Source: an uncultured Pseudodesulfovibrio sp. (GTDB taxonomy: Bacteria; Desulfobacterota; Desulfovibrionia; Desulfovibrionales; Desulfovibrionaceae). From it: 64,000 nucleotides of DNA. The stretch covers positions 8,282 to 72,281 of the forward strand of contig NZ_CAXXKG010000011.1 in NCBI RefSeq assembly GCF_963662885.2, in the 5' to 3' direction. Numbering within the stretch: the stretch's first letter is position 1; each line of letters begins with the position of its first letter. The notes beneath the pieces were generated by a model. That model saw only the letters and a list, made by a program, of their open reading frames with translations, had not been told where the DNA came from and made no database searches. Shown here one piece after another: positions 29,412 to 38,364 of this stretch. The position numbers and the translations under genes were made by a program.

Positions 29412-29438
29412 CTCGTTATGGGGGTGGTGGTAGGTTTC

Positions 29439-31526
29439 TTATTTGGATACGGAGACGAAGTGTTCCTGCATGGCAATGGCTCCGCCGCCGCGGTCCCACT
29501 TGTCGATGCCCTTGGGCATGAGCATGTTGTCTGCGGCGCCCATTCCCCGGGCGCGGGACTCGCAAGGCAGGTCGTGGCCGAAGCCGTGGATCATGAAGAC
29601 GGCCTCGGGGTGGACGAAGTCCGTGACGAAGGCCTTGATCTTGGACTTGTAGCCGTTGCTGGACACGGTCACGTATTCGTCCTGTTCGATACCCAGCGCT
29701 TCGGCGCGCTTGGTGTTGATCCACAGGACGTTCTCGGGCATCTGCTCAAAGAGCAGGGAGTTGTTCACGGTGTGGCCCTGGGTGTGCAGCGCGCAACGCC
29801 CGAAGGTGATGCGGAACTTGTCTGCCGGGGGCCGTTCAGGGGCCTCGTAGGGCTTGAGCGACGGCAGGCCGTCGGCCTCAAGTTTGGCGTCGATGATCTG
29901 GACCTTGCCGGACGGCGTCTTGAAAGAGCCTTCCTTCACCGGCTTGTACAGCGGGTCGGAAGCCAGGGAGACGATGCCGGTCTTTTCGAAGTCCTCGATG
30001 GACACGCCGGTGCCTTCGAGCTGGAATTTCCAGATGTCCTCGATGTTGGTGTAGTCCAGTTCCTTGAGCCCCATGCGCTTTGCCAGGCCCGCATAGATTT
30101 CCCAAATGGCCTTGGTGTCGTAGACCGGCTTGATGGCGCGTTTGCGTACCTGGAAGGCGGGCTTGGGACCGTTTTTGGTCATCAGGATCTCGTCCCGCTC
30201 GAGATACGGGGAGATGGGCAGAACCACGTCCGCGTTCCAGGCGGTGTCGGACCAGGAGAAGGTCACGGCCACGAGCAGTTCGATGTCATCCCACTTGGCC
30301 TTGACGTCGTCCTTGTCCGGGAAGGCCATGAGCGGGTCATGACGCTGGGCGATGTACGCCTTGATCGGGTAGGGCTTTTCCTCCACCGCGGCCTCGTAGG
30401 CCAGATGGACCAGCCCAGGGCCCGCGTCGAAGTGCTTGCGGCCTTCCATCCAGCCGATGCCGTCCGCGCGCTGGCCCTCGGGCTTGGGGTAGAGCTCCAT
30501 GAAGCTCTTCAGCCCCTTGGCGCCCACATCGCCAGGCTTGTTCATGAACGGCAGGCCGCCCTTGGCGCCGATGGCACCGAGCAGGGCGTTGATGATGTAG
30601 ATGGTCCGGGTCATGTAGAAGGAGTCGGAGTAGCGCGCTGTCATCCAACCCGGGTGCCAGAGCACGCTCGGGGCGGCCTCGGCAAGTTGGTTACAGAAAT
30701 CGATCAGGCTCGCGGCGGACACGCCGGTCTCGGCCTCGGCCCACTCGGGGGTGTAGGGCTTGACGAACTCCACGAGTTTGTCGAAGTCCTCGACCCAGTC
30801 GGCCACGAACTGCTTGTCATACAGTTCATTATTAATAAGGACGTGGATGACCGCCAGGTTGAAGGCGTAGTCGGTGCCGGGGCGAACCATGAAGAAGTTG
30901 TCCGCCTTGGTGGCGGGAACGTTGGCCCGGATGTCGATGACGGTCAGCTTGCCGCCCTTTTCGAGACCCGCGAACAGGTTGTTCACCTCGGCCACGTTGA
31001 TGGCTTCGAGCATGTTGCGCTGCTGGAGCACCACGTGCTTGGCGTTTTTCAGGTCATAGGACACGCCCTTGCGACCGAAGCCGAACACGGAAAGAGCCGC
31101 GTTCTGCACGTTGCGCGCGCAGGCGGAGTCGTGGTTGTTGTAGTTGGCCGTGCCGATGCCGCGCAGAAAGGCGCGGTAAAAGTCGCGGAACGGGCCGCCG
31201 CGGTCCGAAAACAGAACCGAGTTCTTGCCGTAGGTGTCCTGGATGCGGGTCAACTCGTCGGCCACGTAGTCCAGAGCCTCGTCCCAGGAAACCTGCTTCC
31301 ACTTTCCTTCGCCGCGTTTGCCCGTGCGTACCATGGGGTACTGGGGGCGGTCCTCATCGTAGGTCAGGGCCGTTCCGGCAGCGCCGCGCGGACACAGGGA
31401 ACCCATGATGCCGGGGGCGTCGGGGTTGCCTTGGATATATTCCGCCTTGCCGTCGACCACCTCGACCTCGATGGGGCATCGTACCGAGCACATGCCGCAT
31501 ATGCTCTTGACATATTCCTTAGCCAT
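29439..31526 (-). CDS. molybdopterin (bis-MGD) oxidoreductase catalytic subunit, Psr/Phs-like, with no Tat signal
   Basis: N-terminal FeS motif CGMCSVRCP...C. 695 aa. No twin-arginine leader. Confidence 0.85.
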   Translation of the reverse strand: MAKEYVKSICGMCSVRCPIEVEVVDGKAEYIQGNPDAPGIMGSLCPRGAAGTALTYDEDRPQYPMVRTGKRGEGKWKQVSWDEALDYVADELTRIQDTYGKNSVLFSDRGGPFRDFYRAFLRGIGTANYNNHDSACARNVQNAALSVFGFGRKGVSYDLKNAKHVVLQQRNMLEAINVAEVNNLFAGLEKGGKLTVIDIRANVPATKADNFFMVRPGTDYAFNLAVIHVLINNELYDKQFVADWVEDFDKLVEFVKPYTPEWAEAETGVSAASLIDFCNQLAEAAPSVLWHPGWMTARYSDSFYMTRTIYIINALLGAIGAKGGLPFMNKPGDVGAKGLKSFMELYPKPEGQRADGIGWMEGRKHFDAGPGLVHLAYEAAVEEKPYPIKAYIAQRHDPLMAFPDKDDVKAKWDDIELLVAVTFSWSDTAWNADVVLPISPYLERDEILMTKNGPKPAFQVRKRAIKPVYDTKAIWEIYAGLAKRMGLKELDYTNIEDIWKFQLEGTGVSIEDFEKTGIVSLASDPLYKPVKEGSFKTPSGKVQIIDAKLEADGLPSLKPYEAPERPPADKFRITFGRCALHTQGHTVNNSLLFEQMPENVLWINTKRAEALGIEQDEYVTVSSNGYKSKIKAFVTDFVHPEAVFMIHGFGHDLPCESRARGMGAADNMLMPKGIDKWDRGGGAIAMQEHFVSVSK

Positions 31527-31798
31527 ACACTCCTCCTGTACAGACAGTGATGATTCTGCGCGCTCTTTGAATTAGGTTGGACCTTATGCGGGGTGGTCAA
31601 CCGACTGCAATATATACCCGGCATGTGAAATCTATAACATGATTTTTCTTCCAATCGGTCAAAAAAAGGGGTTATGCTTCCATTTGATTGAGAAATATAT
31701 CACAAGCAGGGGGATTGTTGACCAAGTGCGGATTTTTCTTCAGTTCCTGAGTTACTAACAAGATTGCGCGCCCAAATCCTAGTCTGCAGAGGTGGAAA

Positions 31799-32248
31799 AT
31801 GGCTGGTTACAGAATCAAATTTGACAAGAAGCGGTGCATCGCATGCAACGCCTGCCTGGTTCATTGCAAGGTGAAGAACAAGGTGCCCGCCGGGCTTTCC
31901 CTCAACCGCCTGGAGGCGGAGGGGCCCATCGCCGACGAGAACGGCAAGCCTTCGGCCATGCTGAAGTATACCAATTGTCGGCACTGTAAGAAGCCCGAGT
32001 GCGTGAGTGCGTGTCCCAACGGGGCCATGTACAAGCGTGAGGACGGGCTGGTCTTGGTGGACCTGGACAAGTGTGACGGCTGCAAGAGCTGTATCGACGC
32101 CTGTCCCTGGACCGTTCCGGTGTTCAACGACGCCACCGGCAAGATCATGAAGTGTGATTTCTGCGTGGACAGGGTCGATGCCGGTGGCACCCCTGCTTGC
32201 GTTGTCGGCTGCACGGCGAACGCCTTGAGCTTCGTGCGGCCGGAATAG
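31799..32248 (+). CDS. 4Fe-4S ferredoxin-type (DmsB/PsrB-like) iron-sulfur protein
   Basis: Four Cys clusters: CIACNACLVHC, CRHCKKPECVSACP, CDGCKSCIDACP, CDFC...C. Confidence 0.9.
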   Translation: MAGYRIKFDKKRCIACNACLVHCKVKNKVPAGLSLNRLEAEGPIADENGKPSAMLKYTNCRHCKKPECVSACPNGAMYKREDGLVLVDLDKCDGCKSCIDACPWTVPVFNDATGKIMKCDFCVDRVDAGGTPACVVGCTANALSFVRPE

Positions 32249-32332
32249 ACTGGTACCAAACTCCGCGGCCTTGGGGGACGTGGAGTGAGATTTTGGGGTC
32301 CTTTTAACATTCATTATGAGGAGGAGGTAACT

Positions 32333-33460
32333 GTGTTACGTTCCAAGAAAACTCTCCTGATGCTGGCCCTGGTCGCCGCTGTCTGCCTCATGGCTCAGCC
32401 CGCCCTGGCCGATCGTCTGGCCGACGCCATCGCCGAAGCCAAACCCACTGGTGAGCCCGGCTACATGGGCATCCCCGGCGGTCCGCAGCTGAACATCATC
32501 ATCGGTTTCCTGTGGGCGATCTGGGTAGGCTGGATTTTCTCCACCGTCGGCGCTTTTGGCGGCATCATGGCCGGTGTCGGTCACATCACCATCTATGGTC
32601 TGGGTGACTACGCCAGCTCTTTCGGCAAGGGCTCCAAGATGAACAAGGTCGTCACCGACTCCATCCGCGTGTCCAACCAGTGGTTGGTCGGTTGCTCCGC
32701 GGCCCTGTCCTCCTTCAACTACTACAAGGCCGGTCGTCTGGTTCTGCCGCTGGGTATCGCCCTGGCCATCGGTTCCGTTGCCGGTTCCTGGCTGGTTCCC
32801 TGGCTGACCGCCGGTAAGATCAGCCTGAAGGCCTACCTCGGCTACTTCGGTCTCTTCGTCCTGTTCCTGGGTTGCTACCTGTTCTACCAGACCACCCCGA
32901 AGGGCCAGGCCGGTAAAAAAGCTGCCAAGCAGGCTGCCGAAGCCTTCCAGAAGTCCGTCAAGGAACAGCAGCACGGCGGTACCGTCGATATGGCCGAGAT
33001 GGGCGTGAAGGTTCAGAAGTTCACCCCGACCATCTGCGAGTTCACCTTCTTCGGCGTCGAGTTCAAGTTCAACCCCCTGATCCCCGTGGTCGGCGGTTTC
33101 TGCATCGCGGCCCTGGCCTCCTTCCTGGGTGTCGGCGGCGGCTTCCTGCTGGTGCCGTTCCTGACCTCCGTGGCCGGCCTGCCCATGTACCTGGTTGCCG
33201 GTACCTCCGCCCTGGCCGTCCTCATCGGTATGGTCAACTCCATCGCTTCCTACATGCTGCTCAAGCAGACTCCGGTTGCCTGGGGCCTGATCGGCGCCGA
33301 GCTCGTCGGCATCGTCATCGGTTCCATCATCGGACCCAAGACCTCCAAGTTCATCCCGGATAAGGTCCTGAAGTACATCTTCATCGTCCTGGCCGTGTAC
33401 GTTGGTGTCCGCTACACCACCAAGGGCTTCCTGGGCTACTCCATCGTCCCGCCCTTCTAA
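32333..33460 (+). CDS. TauE/SafE-family (DUF81) anion exporter-like membrane protein with N-terminal signal peptide
   Basis: GTG 32333 follows GAGGAGGAGG. Two Gly-rich TM repeats (GAFGGIMAGVG, LGVGGGFLLVP). Confidence 0.7.
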   Translation: MLRSKKTLLMLALVAAVCLMAQPALADRLADAIAEAKPTGEPGYMGIPGGPQLNIIIGFLWAIWVGWIFSTVGAFGGIMAGVGHITIYGLGDYASSFGKGSKMNKVVTDSIRVSNQWLVGCSAALSSFNYYKAGRLVLPLGIALAIGSVAGSWLVPWLTAGKISLKAYLGYFGLFVLFLGCYLFYQTTPKGQAGKKAAKQAAEAFQKSVKEQQHGGTVDMAEMGVKVQKFTPTICEFTFFGVEFKFNPLIPVVGGFCIAALASFLGVGGGFLLVPFLTSVAGLPMYLVAGTSALAVLIGMVNSIASYMLLKQTPVAWGLIGAELVGIVIGSIIGPKTSKFIPDKVLKYIFIVLAVYVGVRYTTKGFLGYSIVPPF

Positions 33461-33534
33461 GTCGAGCGAACTGACAGCAAGAACGGGGGCCGCCCATTCC
33501 GGGCGGCCCCCACAAACCACGCACAGGACTGAAC

Positions 33535-34191
33535 ATGACCGGCCAAATCGTATACGAATTTCTCGACCCCTGGATGATCTGGGCCTTTAGAACCACCGGC
33601 AACGCCTACGTGGGCTTCGCCATCGGCCTGATCTGGGTCTCCCTCGTGGCAACCGTCATCGGCGAGTTGTGCATGGCCGGGGTCTATTTCACCAACAAGA
33701 AACATTTCCGGACCATCAACCGGGACATGGTCGACCACCACAATCTGTCGGTCAAGGCGCTGGGCGCCAAGAACAAGACCGCTTGGAAGGCCTGCAACTC
33801 CATCGCCAACGACGCCTTCGGCAAGAACTTCTTTGCCCGCATCGCGTTGTTCGCCTCGTCCCTGTGGGTGGTCCCGTTCGGCATCGGCTGGTTGTTCTAC
33901 CGCTTCGGGCACGTTGACTTCACCGTGCCGTTCCTCGGTTCCGTTGGTCCTGCTTTCGTCTTCATTCCGGTCTACATCCTGGTCCGCTACCTGTTCAGCC
34001 TGGCCAAGCCGTGGCTGCCGGTTTTCAAGACCATCCGCCAGAAGGTCAAGGACAACGAGGCCGGGGACGAGATGCTCGAGTTCACGGACCTGCTCAGTGA
34101 AGAGGACAAGAAGGAATACATGCGCAAAAAGGAGCGGGCCAAGGTCAAGCCTGGGCTCATTGAGAGCAAGCCGGTCCCCGAAGGGTCCTAG
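33535..34191 (+). CDS. hypothetical membrane protein
   Basis: 218 aa with about four hydrophobic helices and a Lys/Glu-rich tail. Confidence 0.6.
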   Translation: MTGQIVYEFLDPWMIWAFRTTGNAYVGFAIGLIWVSLVATVIGELCMAGVYFTNKKHFRTINRDMVDHHNLSVKALGAKNKTAWKACNSIANDAFGKNFFARIALFASSLWVVPFGIGWLFYRFGHVDFTVPFLGSVGPAFVFIPVYILVRYLFSLAKPWLPVFKTIRQKVKDNEAGDEMLEFTDLLSEEDKKEYMRKKERAKVKPGLIESKPVPEGS

Positions 34192-34208
34192 CGATTTCGC
34201 AAAAGGAA

Positions 34209-34238
34209 AAGCCGCCCCACGGGGCGGCTTTGTTCTTT
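34209..34238 (+). terminator. rho-independent terminator
   Basis: aagccgccc-cacg-gggcggctt followed by tgttcttt. Confidence 0.75.
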
Positions 34239-34259
34239 GATATATCCGGCCTTGCCGGT

Positions 34260-34772
34260 TTAGGGGGCGGCTTTTTCCACGGCCTCCAGGAAGCCGGGAA
34301 GGTCCGAGGGGCCGATCAGGTAGTACCGATCTTCGGTCTGGATGCAGAGCACGTCCGAGCGGTTGGTGACCACGACCGCCTCACGGCCGTCCTTGATCTC
34401 CACCATGCCGGATCGGTAGGCGCCGAAGGTCATGTACTTCTTGGTCTTGGTGAATTTGAAGTCCGCATCCTTTTTCAGGTCCACGCGGAAGGTCTTGACC
34501 ACCGAGGCCCAGGGGATGACCGCCGAAGCGAACGGCGGGGCGGCCAGCAGGACGCCTTCATCCGCTACCGTGACCGTTGCCCGCTTGGGCGTGATGTAGA
34601 GCATGTACCAGTAGAACATGGACAGCGGTCCGGCCACGGCGATGAGGCAGATACCGGTCCAGGTCAGGCCGGAGTTGAAGCTCCAGGCCACGGCCGCGGC
34701 GACAATGGCCACGATCAGGAGGAAAAAGGTGAGCACGGTCTTGCTCATGGGGATCTTGAAAATCGTCGTCAT
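34260..34772 (-). CDS. membrane protein: two TM helices + PH-like soluble domain (tentative)
   Basis: ATG 34772 follows AAGGAG. 170 aa. Confidence 0.55.
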   Translation of the reverse strand: MTTIFKIPMSKTVLTFFLLIVAIVAAAVAWSFNSGLTWTGICLIAVAGPLSMFYWYMLYITPKRATVTVADEGVLLAAPPFASAVIPWASVVKTFRVDLKKDADFKFTKTKKYMTFGAYRSGMVEIKDGREAVVVTNRSDVLCIQTEDRYYLIGPSDLPGFLEAVEKAAP

Positions 34773-34934
34773 GGGAACTCCTTGCTTGGGCACGCCCGTG
34801 TGCTGGTCCCCTTCATACTGCCTTGGGGCCTTGTTGCCAAGGGATAAGACTTGTTGGAATACGCCTTGAATTTCTGTACTGTTTCAGAGCACGTCCGAAA
34901 CGCGGCGCGAGTAGCGCCCGGAACCGATGATCCG

Positions 34935-35876
34935 ATGATGAACAAACTGAAAATCCGTATGACAACCTGGGCGATGGTACTGGCGCTTCTTCTGCCCGTG
35001 GCAGTCATGTCCGGGTGCTCGGACGAGAAGCCCGTCAAGGTCGATCTGTCCAAGCGCGAGGATCTGGTGGCCCCCCGTATGGACGCGGCCATCACCTATG
35101 CCTACCTGCCGCAGTACTCCCACACCATCTCCTATCAGCGCCACCGCAAGCTTATCGAATACCTGCGCCGGACAACCGGCCTGCCCCTGCGCCAGATCTT
35201 CCCCGACACCTTCGAGGAGCACGTCAAGATGGTCGAGCGCGGGGAGATAGACATTTCCTACTCCAATCCGTTCGTCTACGTGCGTCTGGCCAAGGCCGGC
35301 GCCCAGGCCTTCGCCCGGGTCATAGAACCCTCGGGCGAGCCCAATTTCCGCGGGCAGATCATCGCCCGTTCGGACAACGCGGCCATCAATTCCATCAGTG
35401 ATTGCCGGGGCAAGCGCTGGATCGCGGTGGATCCCAATTCGGCGGGCGGCTATCTCTTTCCTCTGGGATTGTTCTACGACCACAATATCCATTCGTCCGA
35501 TTTCGAGACCCTGGATTTTGCGCCCGGTCCGGGCGGCAAGCAGGAAAAGGTCGTCCTGGCCGTACATGCGGGCGTGTACGACATCGGGACCATTCGCAAA
35601 GGTACTCTGGACGTGGTCAAAAACAAGATCGACCTCGGTTCCATCCGTGTCCTGGCCGAAACCCGCGCGTATCCCGGCTGGGTGTACGCGGCTCGCAAGG
35701 GGCTCGACCCGGCGGTGGTGGAAACCATTGCCAAGGCCATGTTCGCCCTGGACGAGGACACCCCGGAGCACCGGGCCATTCTGTCCGCCGCGGGCATGAA
35801 GGGCATCATCCCGGCTCGCGATCTGGACTACGATCCGGTCAGGGAACTGGCCGTGAAACTGAAACTGGACCGGTAG
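34935..35876 (+). CDS. PhnD-fold periplasmic substrate-binding lipoprotein
   Basis: Lipobox VMSGC. PhnD-like GEIDISYSNPFVYV and DPNSAGGYLFP. No ABC permease or ATPase gene nearby. Confidence 0.8.
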   Translation: MMNKLKIRMTTWAMVLALLLPVAVMSGCSDEKPVKVDLSKREDLVAPRMDAAITYAYLPQYSHTISYQRHRKLIEYLRRTTGLPLRQIFPDTFEEHVKMVERGEIDISYSNPFVYVRLAKAGAQAFARVIEPSGEPNFRGQIIARSDNAAINSISDCRGKRWIAVDPNSAGGYLFPLGLFYDHNIHSSDFETLDFAPGPGGKQEKVVLAVHAGVYDIGTIRKGTLDVVKNKIDLGSIRVLAETRAYPGWVYAARKGLDPAVVETIAKAMFALDEDTPEHRAILSAAGMKGIIPARDLDYDPVRELAVKLKLDR

Positions 35877-35882
35877 GCGTTC

Positions 35883-37943
35883 ATGCGTATTATCCCTCGC
35901 CTCAAGTTCCGCACCAAGCTCAATCTGGGCATGTCCGCCATCCTCGTGGGCATGGCCGTTCTCCTGCTGCCGCTGGTCGGAACCATGAGCGCCAACTCTC
36001 TGGTGGAGGAGAGCAAGAAGCGCGGATCGTCCCTGGCCGAAGGGTTGTCCGTGCGCGCCGTGGACCCCATGCTTGCCCGCGACTTCCTGCGGCTCAAGAA
36101 CATGGTCGACGAGCAGTCCACGGTCGAGGACGTGATCTACGCCTTCATCCAGGACAAGAGCGGCTTTGTCCTGGTCCATACCTTCCAGAAGGGGTTCCCG
36201 GTGGACCTCATCGAGGCCAACAAGGCTGATAACGGCGAGTCCCTGCACATCCAGTTGCTGGCCGACGGGTCCAGGCGGATCTACGATTTCGCCGCTCCGA
36301 TTCTGGTTTCGGATGGCAGACTGGGCACCGTGCGCATCGGCCTGTCTCAGGCCCGTATCCAGATGGCCGTGCAGCGCCAGCTGACCCTCATGGCCGGTCT
36401 GTTTACCGGAGCGTTGATCCTGGCCACGTCGCTGGGCACCATCTTCGCCCGGCGGGTCACCGCCCGGCTGGGGCGGCTGCGTTCCCATGCCGAGGAGATG
36501 CTCACCGGCAATCTGGACATCACCTCCGGCCCCACATGGGGCATCCACTGCTGGGAGAAGCAGGAGTGCGGCATCACCCAGTGTCCGGCCTACGGCGAGA
36601 CACGGCGGCGGTGCTGGTACATCGCCGGGACCATGTGCCCGGACTGCAACAACGAGGGCAATTTCCAATGCAGGCTGGAGTCCTGCCGCCGGTGCGTGGT
36701 CTACCGCGAAAACGCGGGCGACGAGATTCAGGACCTGGCCGAGACCTTCGACGTCATGGCCCTGTCGCTCAAGAGCCATATCGAAGAGCTGCGCGATGCC
36801 GAGCGTAATCTGCGTGACCAGCAGCGGCTGACCCGGACCATTCTGGACGTTTCCCCGGACCGTGTCTCCCTGGTGGACGCGACCATGCGCTATCGAGGCT
36901 GCAACAAGAGCTTCGCCCAGTCCGTGGGCATGTCCCTGGCCGAGATCGAGGGCAAAACCGACTTCGACCTCTTCCCCGAAAGCGAGGCCGAGGAGCGCCA
37001 CATGGCCGCCCGGGACATCCTCCAGTCCGGGCGCAGGCTGGACACCCAGCTCATGGTTGAAACGGGCGGGGGCGAGCACTGGTTCCACGTGGTCTGCGTG
37101 CCGGTCTTCAACGACGAGGGACGCATTGACGGGCTGTTGCGGACCGACCGCGATATTTCTGACATCAAACGCTATGAGAATCAGCTCATCCAGGCGCAGA
37201 AGATGGAGTCACTGGGCTTGCTCGCCGGTGGCGTGGCCCACGAGATCAACACCCCGCTCGGCATCATTCTGGGCTATGCCCAGCTCCTGCAGGAGGATGT
37301 GGATGCGGACAGCCAGATCCATCAGGACCTGGCCATCATCGAAAAGCAGACCCAGGTCTGCAAGAAGATCGTGGCCGACCTGCTCGGTTTCTCCCGCCAG
37401 ACCCAGTCGGCCAAGCGCGAGATGTGCTTCAACAACTCGGTCATGGAGGCGGTTTCCCTGGTGCGTCACACCCTGGAGCTGGACAAGGTGGCGATCGTCA
37501 CCCAGCTCGACGACCGCTATCCGATCATCTACGGCGACCCGGAGAAGCTCAAACAGGTCTGGATCAATCTGCTGACCAACGCGCGCGACGCCATGGCCGG
37601 GCAGGGCGGGACCATCCTCATCCGCACCCGGTTGGACACCCCTGTGGGCATCGTCTCCCTGTGGGTGGCCGACAACGGGTCAGGTATTGCCGAAGATGCG
37701 CTCAAAAAGATTTTTGATCCGTTTTACAGCACTAAGGCCGTGGATAAAGGCACCGGCCTAGGGCTGTCCGTCTCTTTCGGGATCATCGAAGACCACGGCG
37801 GCGATATTCACGCCGTGAGCCCGGTTCCCGACGACTTCGGTTTCCCTGAAGCGAAAGAGGGAATCGAGGGCGGCGGGACGGTATTTGAAGTGAACCTCCC
37901 CCTGGACCATCAGGCCGATGGCGGGGAACCGGAAAAGGAGTAG
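35883..37943 (+). CDS. sensor histidine kinase: periplasmic domain, HAMP with a 9-Cys insertion, PAS, HisKA/HATPase
   Basis: H-box VAHEINTPL. DNGSGI and GTGLGLS boxes. Cys-rich CWEKQECGITQCP...CRLESCRRC at 36549-36695. Confidence 0.9.
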   Translation: MRIIPRLKFRTKLNLGMSAILVGMAVLLLPLVGTMSANSLVEESKKRGSSLAEGLSVRAVDPMLARDFLRLKNMVDEQSTVEDVIYAFIQDKSGFVLVHTFQKGFPVDLIEANKADNGESLHIQLLADGSRRIYDFAAPILVSDGRLGTVRIGLSQARIQMAVQRQLTLMAGLFTGALILATSLGTIFARRVTARLGRLRSHAEEMLTGNLDITSGPTWGIHCWEKQECGITQCPAYGETRRRCWYIAGTMCPDCNNEGNFQCRLESCRRCVVYRENAGDEIQDLAETFDVMALSLKSHIEELRDAERNLRDQQRLTRTILDVSPDRVSLVDATMRYRGCNKSFAQSVGMSLAEIEGKTDFDLFPESEAEERHMAARDILQSGRRLDTQLMVETGGGEHWFHVVCVPVFNDEGRIDGLLRTDRDISDIKRYENQLIQAQKMESLGLLAGGVAHEINTPLGIILGYAQLLQEDVDADSQIHQDLAIIEKQTQVCKKIVADLLGFSRQTQSAKREMCFNNSVMEAVSLVRHTLELDKVAIVTQLDDRYPIIYGDPEKLKQVWINLLTNARDAMAGQGGTILIRTRLDTPVGIVSLWVADNGSGIAEDALKKIFDPFYSTKAVDKGTGLGLSVSFGIIEDHGGDIHAVSPVPDDFGFPEAKEGIEGGGTVFEVNLPLDHQADGGEPEKE

Positions 37944-37945
37944 AT

Positions 37946-38311
37946 ATGGCTAATATATTGGTTCTCGACGACATCAGCGACGCCGGAATGTTGGTAAAAC
38001 GCATCCTGGAACGCAAAGGGCACAAGGTGTGGAATTTCACCGAGGAAGAGGATGCCCTGAAGCATGCGGCCGGGACGAAGATCGACCTGGCCATCCTGGA
38101 CATCAAGCTCAAGAAGATGACCGGCGTCGAGGCCCTTGAGGAACTCAAGAAGGTCAACCCGGACATGATGGCGATCATGCTGACCGGCTATCCCACCCTG
38201 GAGACCGCCCGCGAGTCGCTCCGGCTCGGGGCTCAGGAGTACTGCGTCAAGCCCATCAACAAGGAGGAACTGGAGGTCAAGGTGGCCGAGGTCCTCAACG
38301 GCGCGGAGTAG
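37946..38311 (+). CDS. single-domain response regulator
   Basis: NILVLDD, ILDIKLKKMTG, LTGY, EYCVKP. 121 aa. Confidence 0.9.
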   Translation: MANILVLDDISDAGMLVKRILERKGHKVWNFTEEEDALKHAAGTKIDLAILDIKLKKMTGVEALEELKKVNPDMMAIMLTGYPTLETARESLRLGAQEYCVKPINKEELEVKVAEVLNGAE

Positions 38312-38364
38312 GCGGGGCCAGGGCCGGCGCAACGGAAACCATATCGTATAGCCAAGGACGTTCC

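Noticed and set aside
34803-34826. Sigma-54-like motifs (TTGGGCACGCCCGTGTGCT and TGGGGCCTTGTTGCC) upstream of the PhnD-like gene.
   Set aside because: The GG-to-GC spacing is off by one in both, whereas the accepted sites have exact spacing. The promoter of the dikinase/phosphatase cassette therefore remains unidentified.
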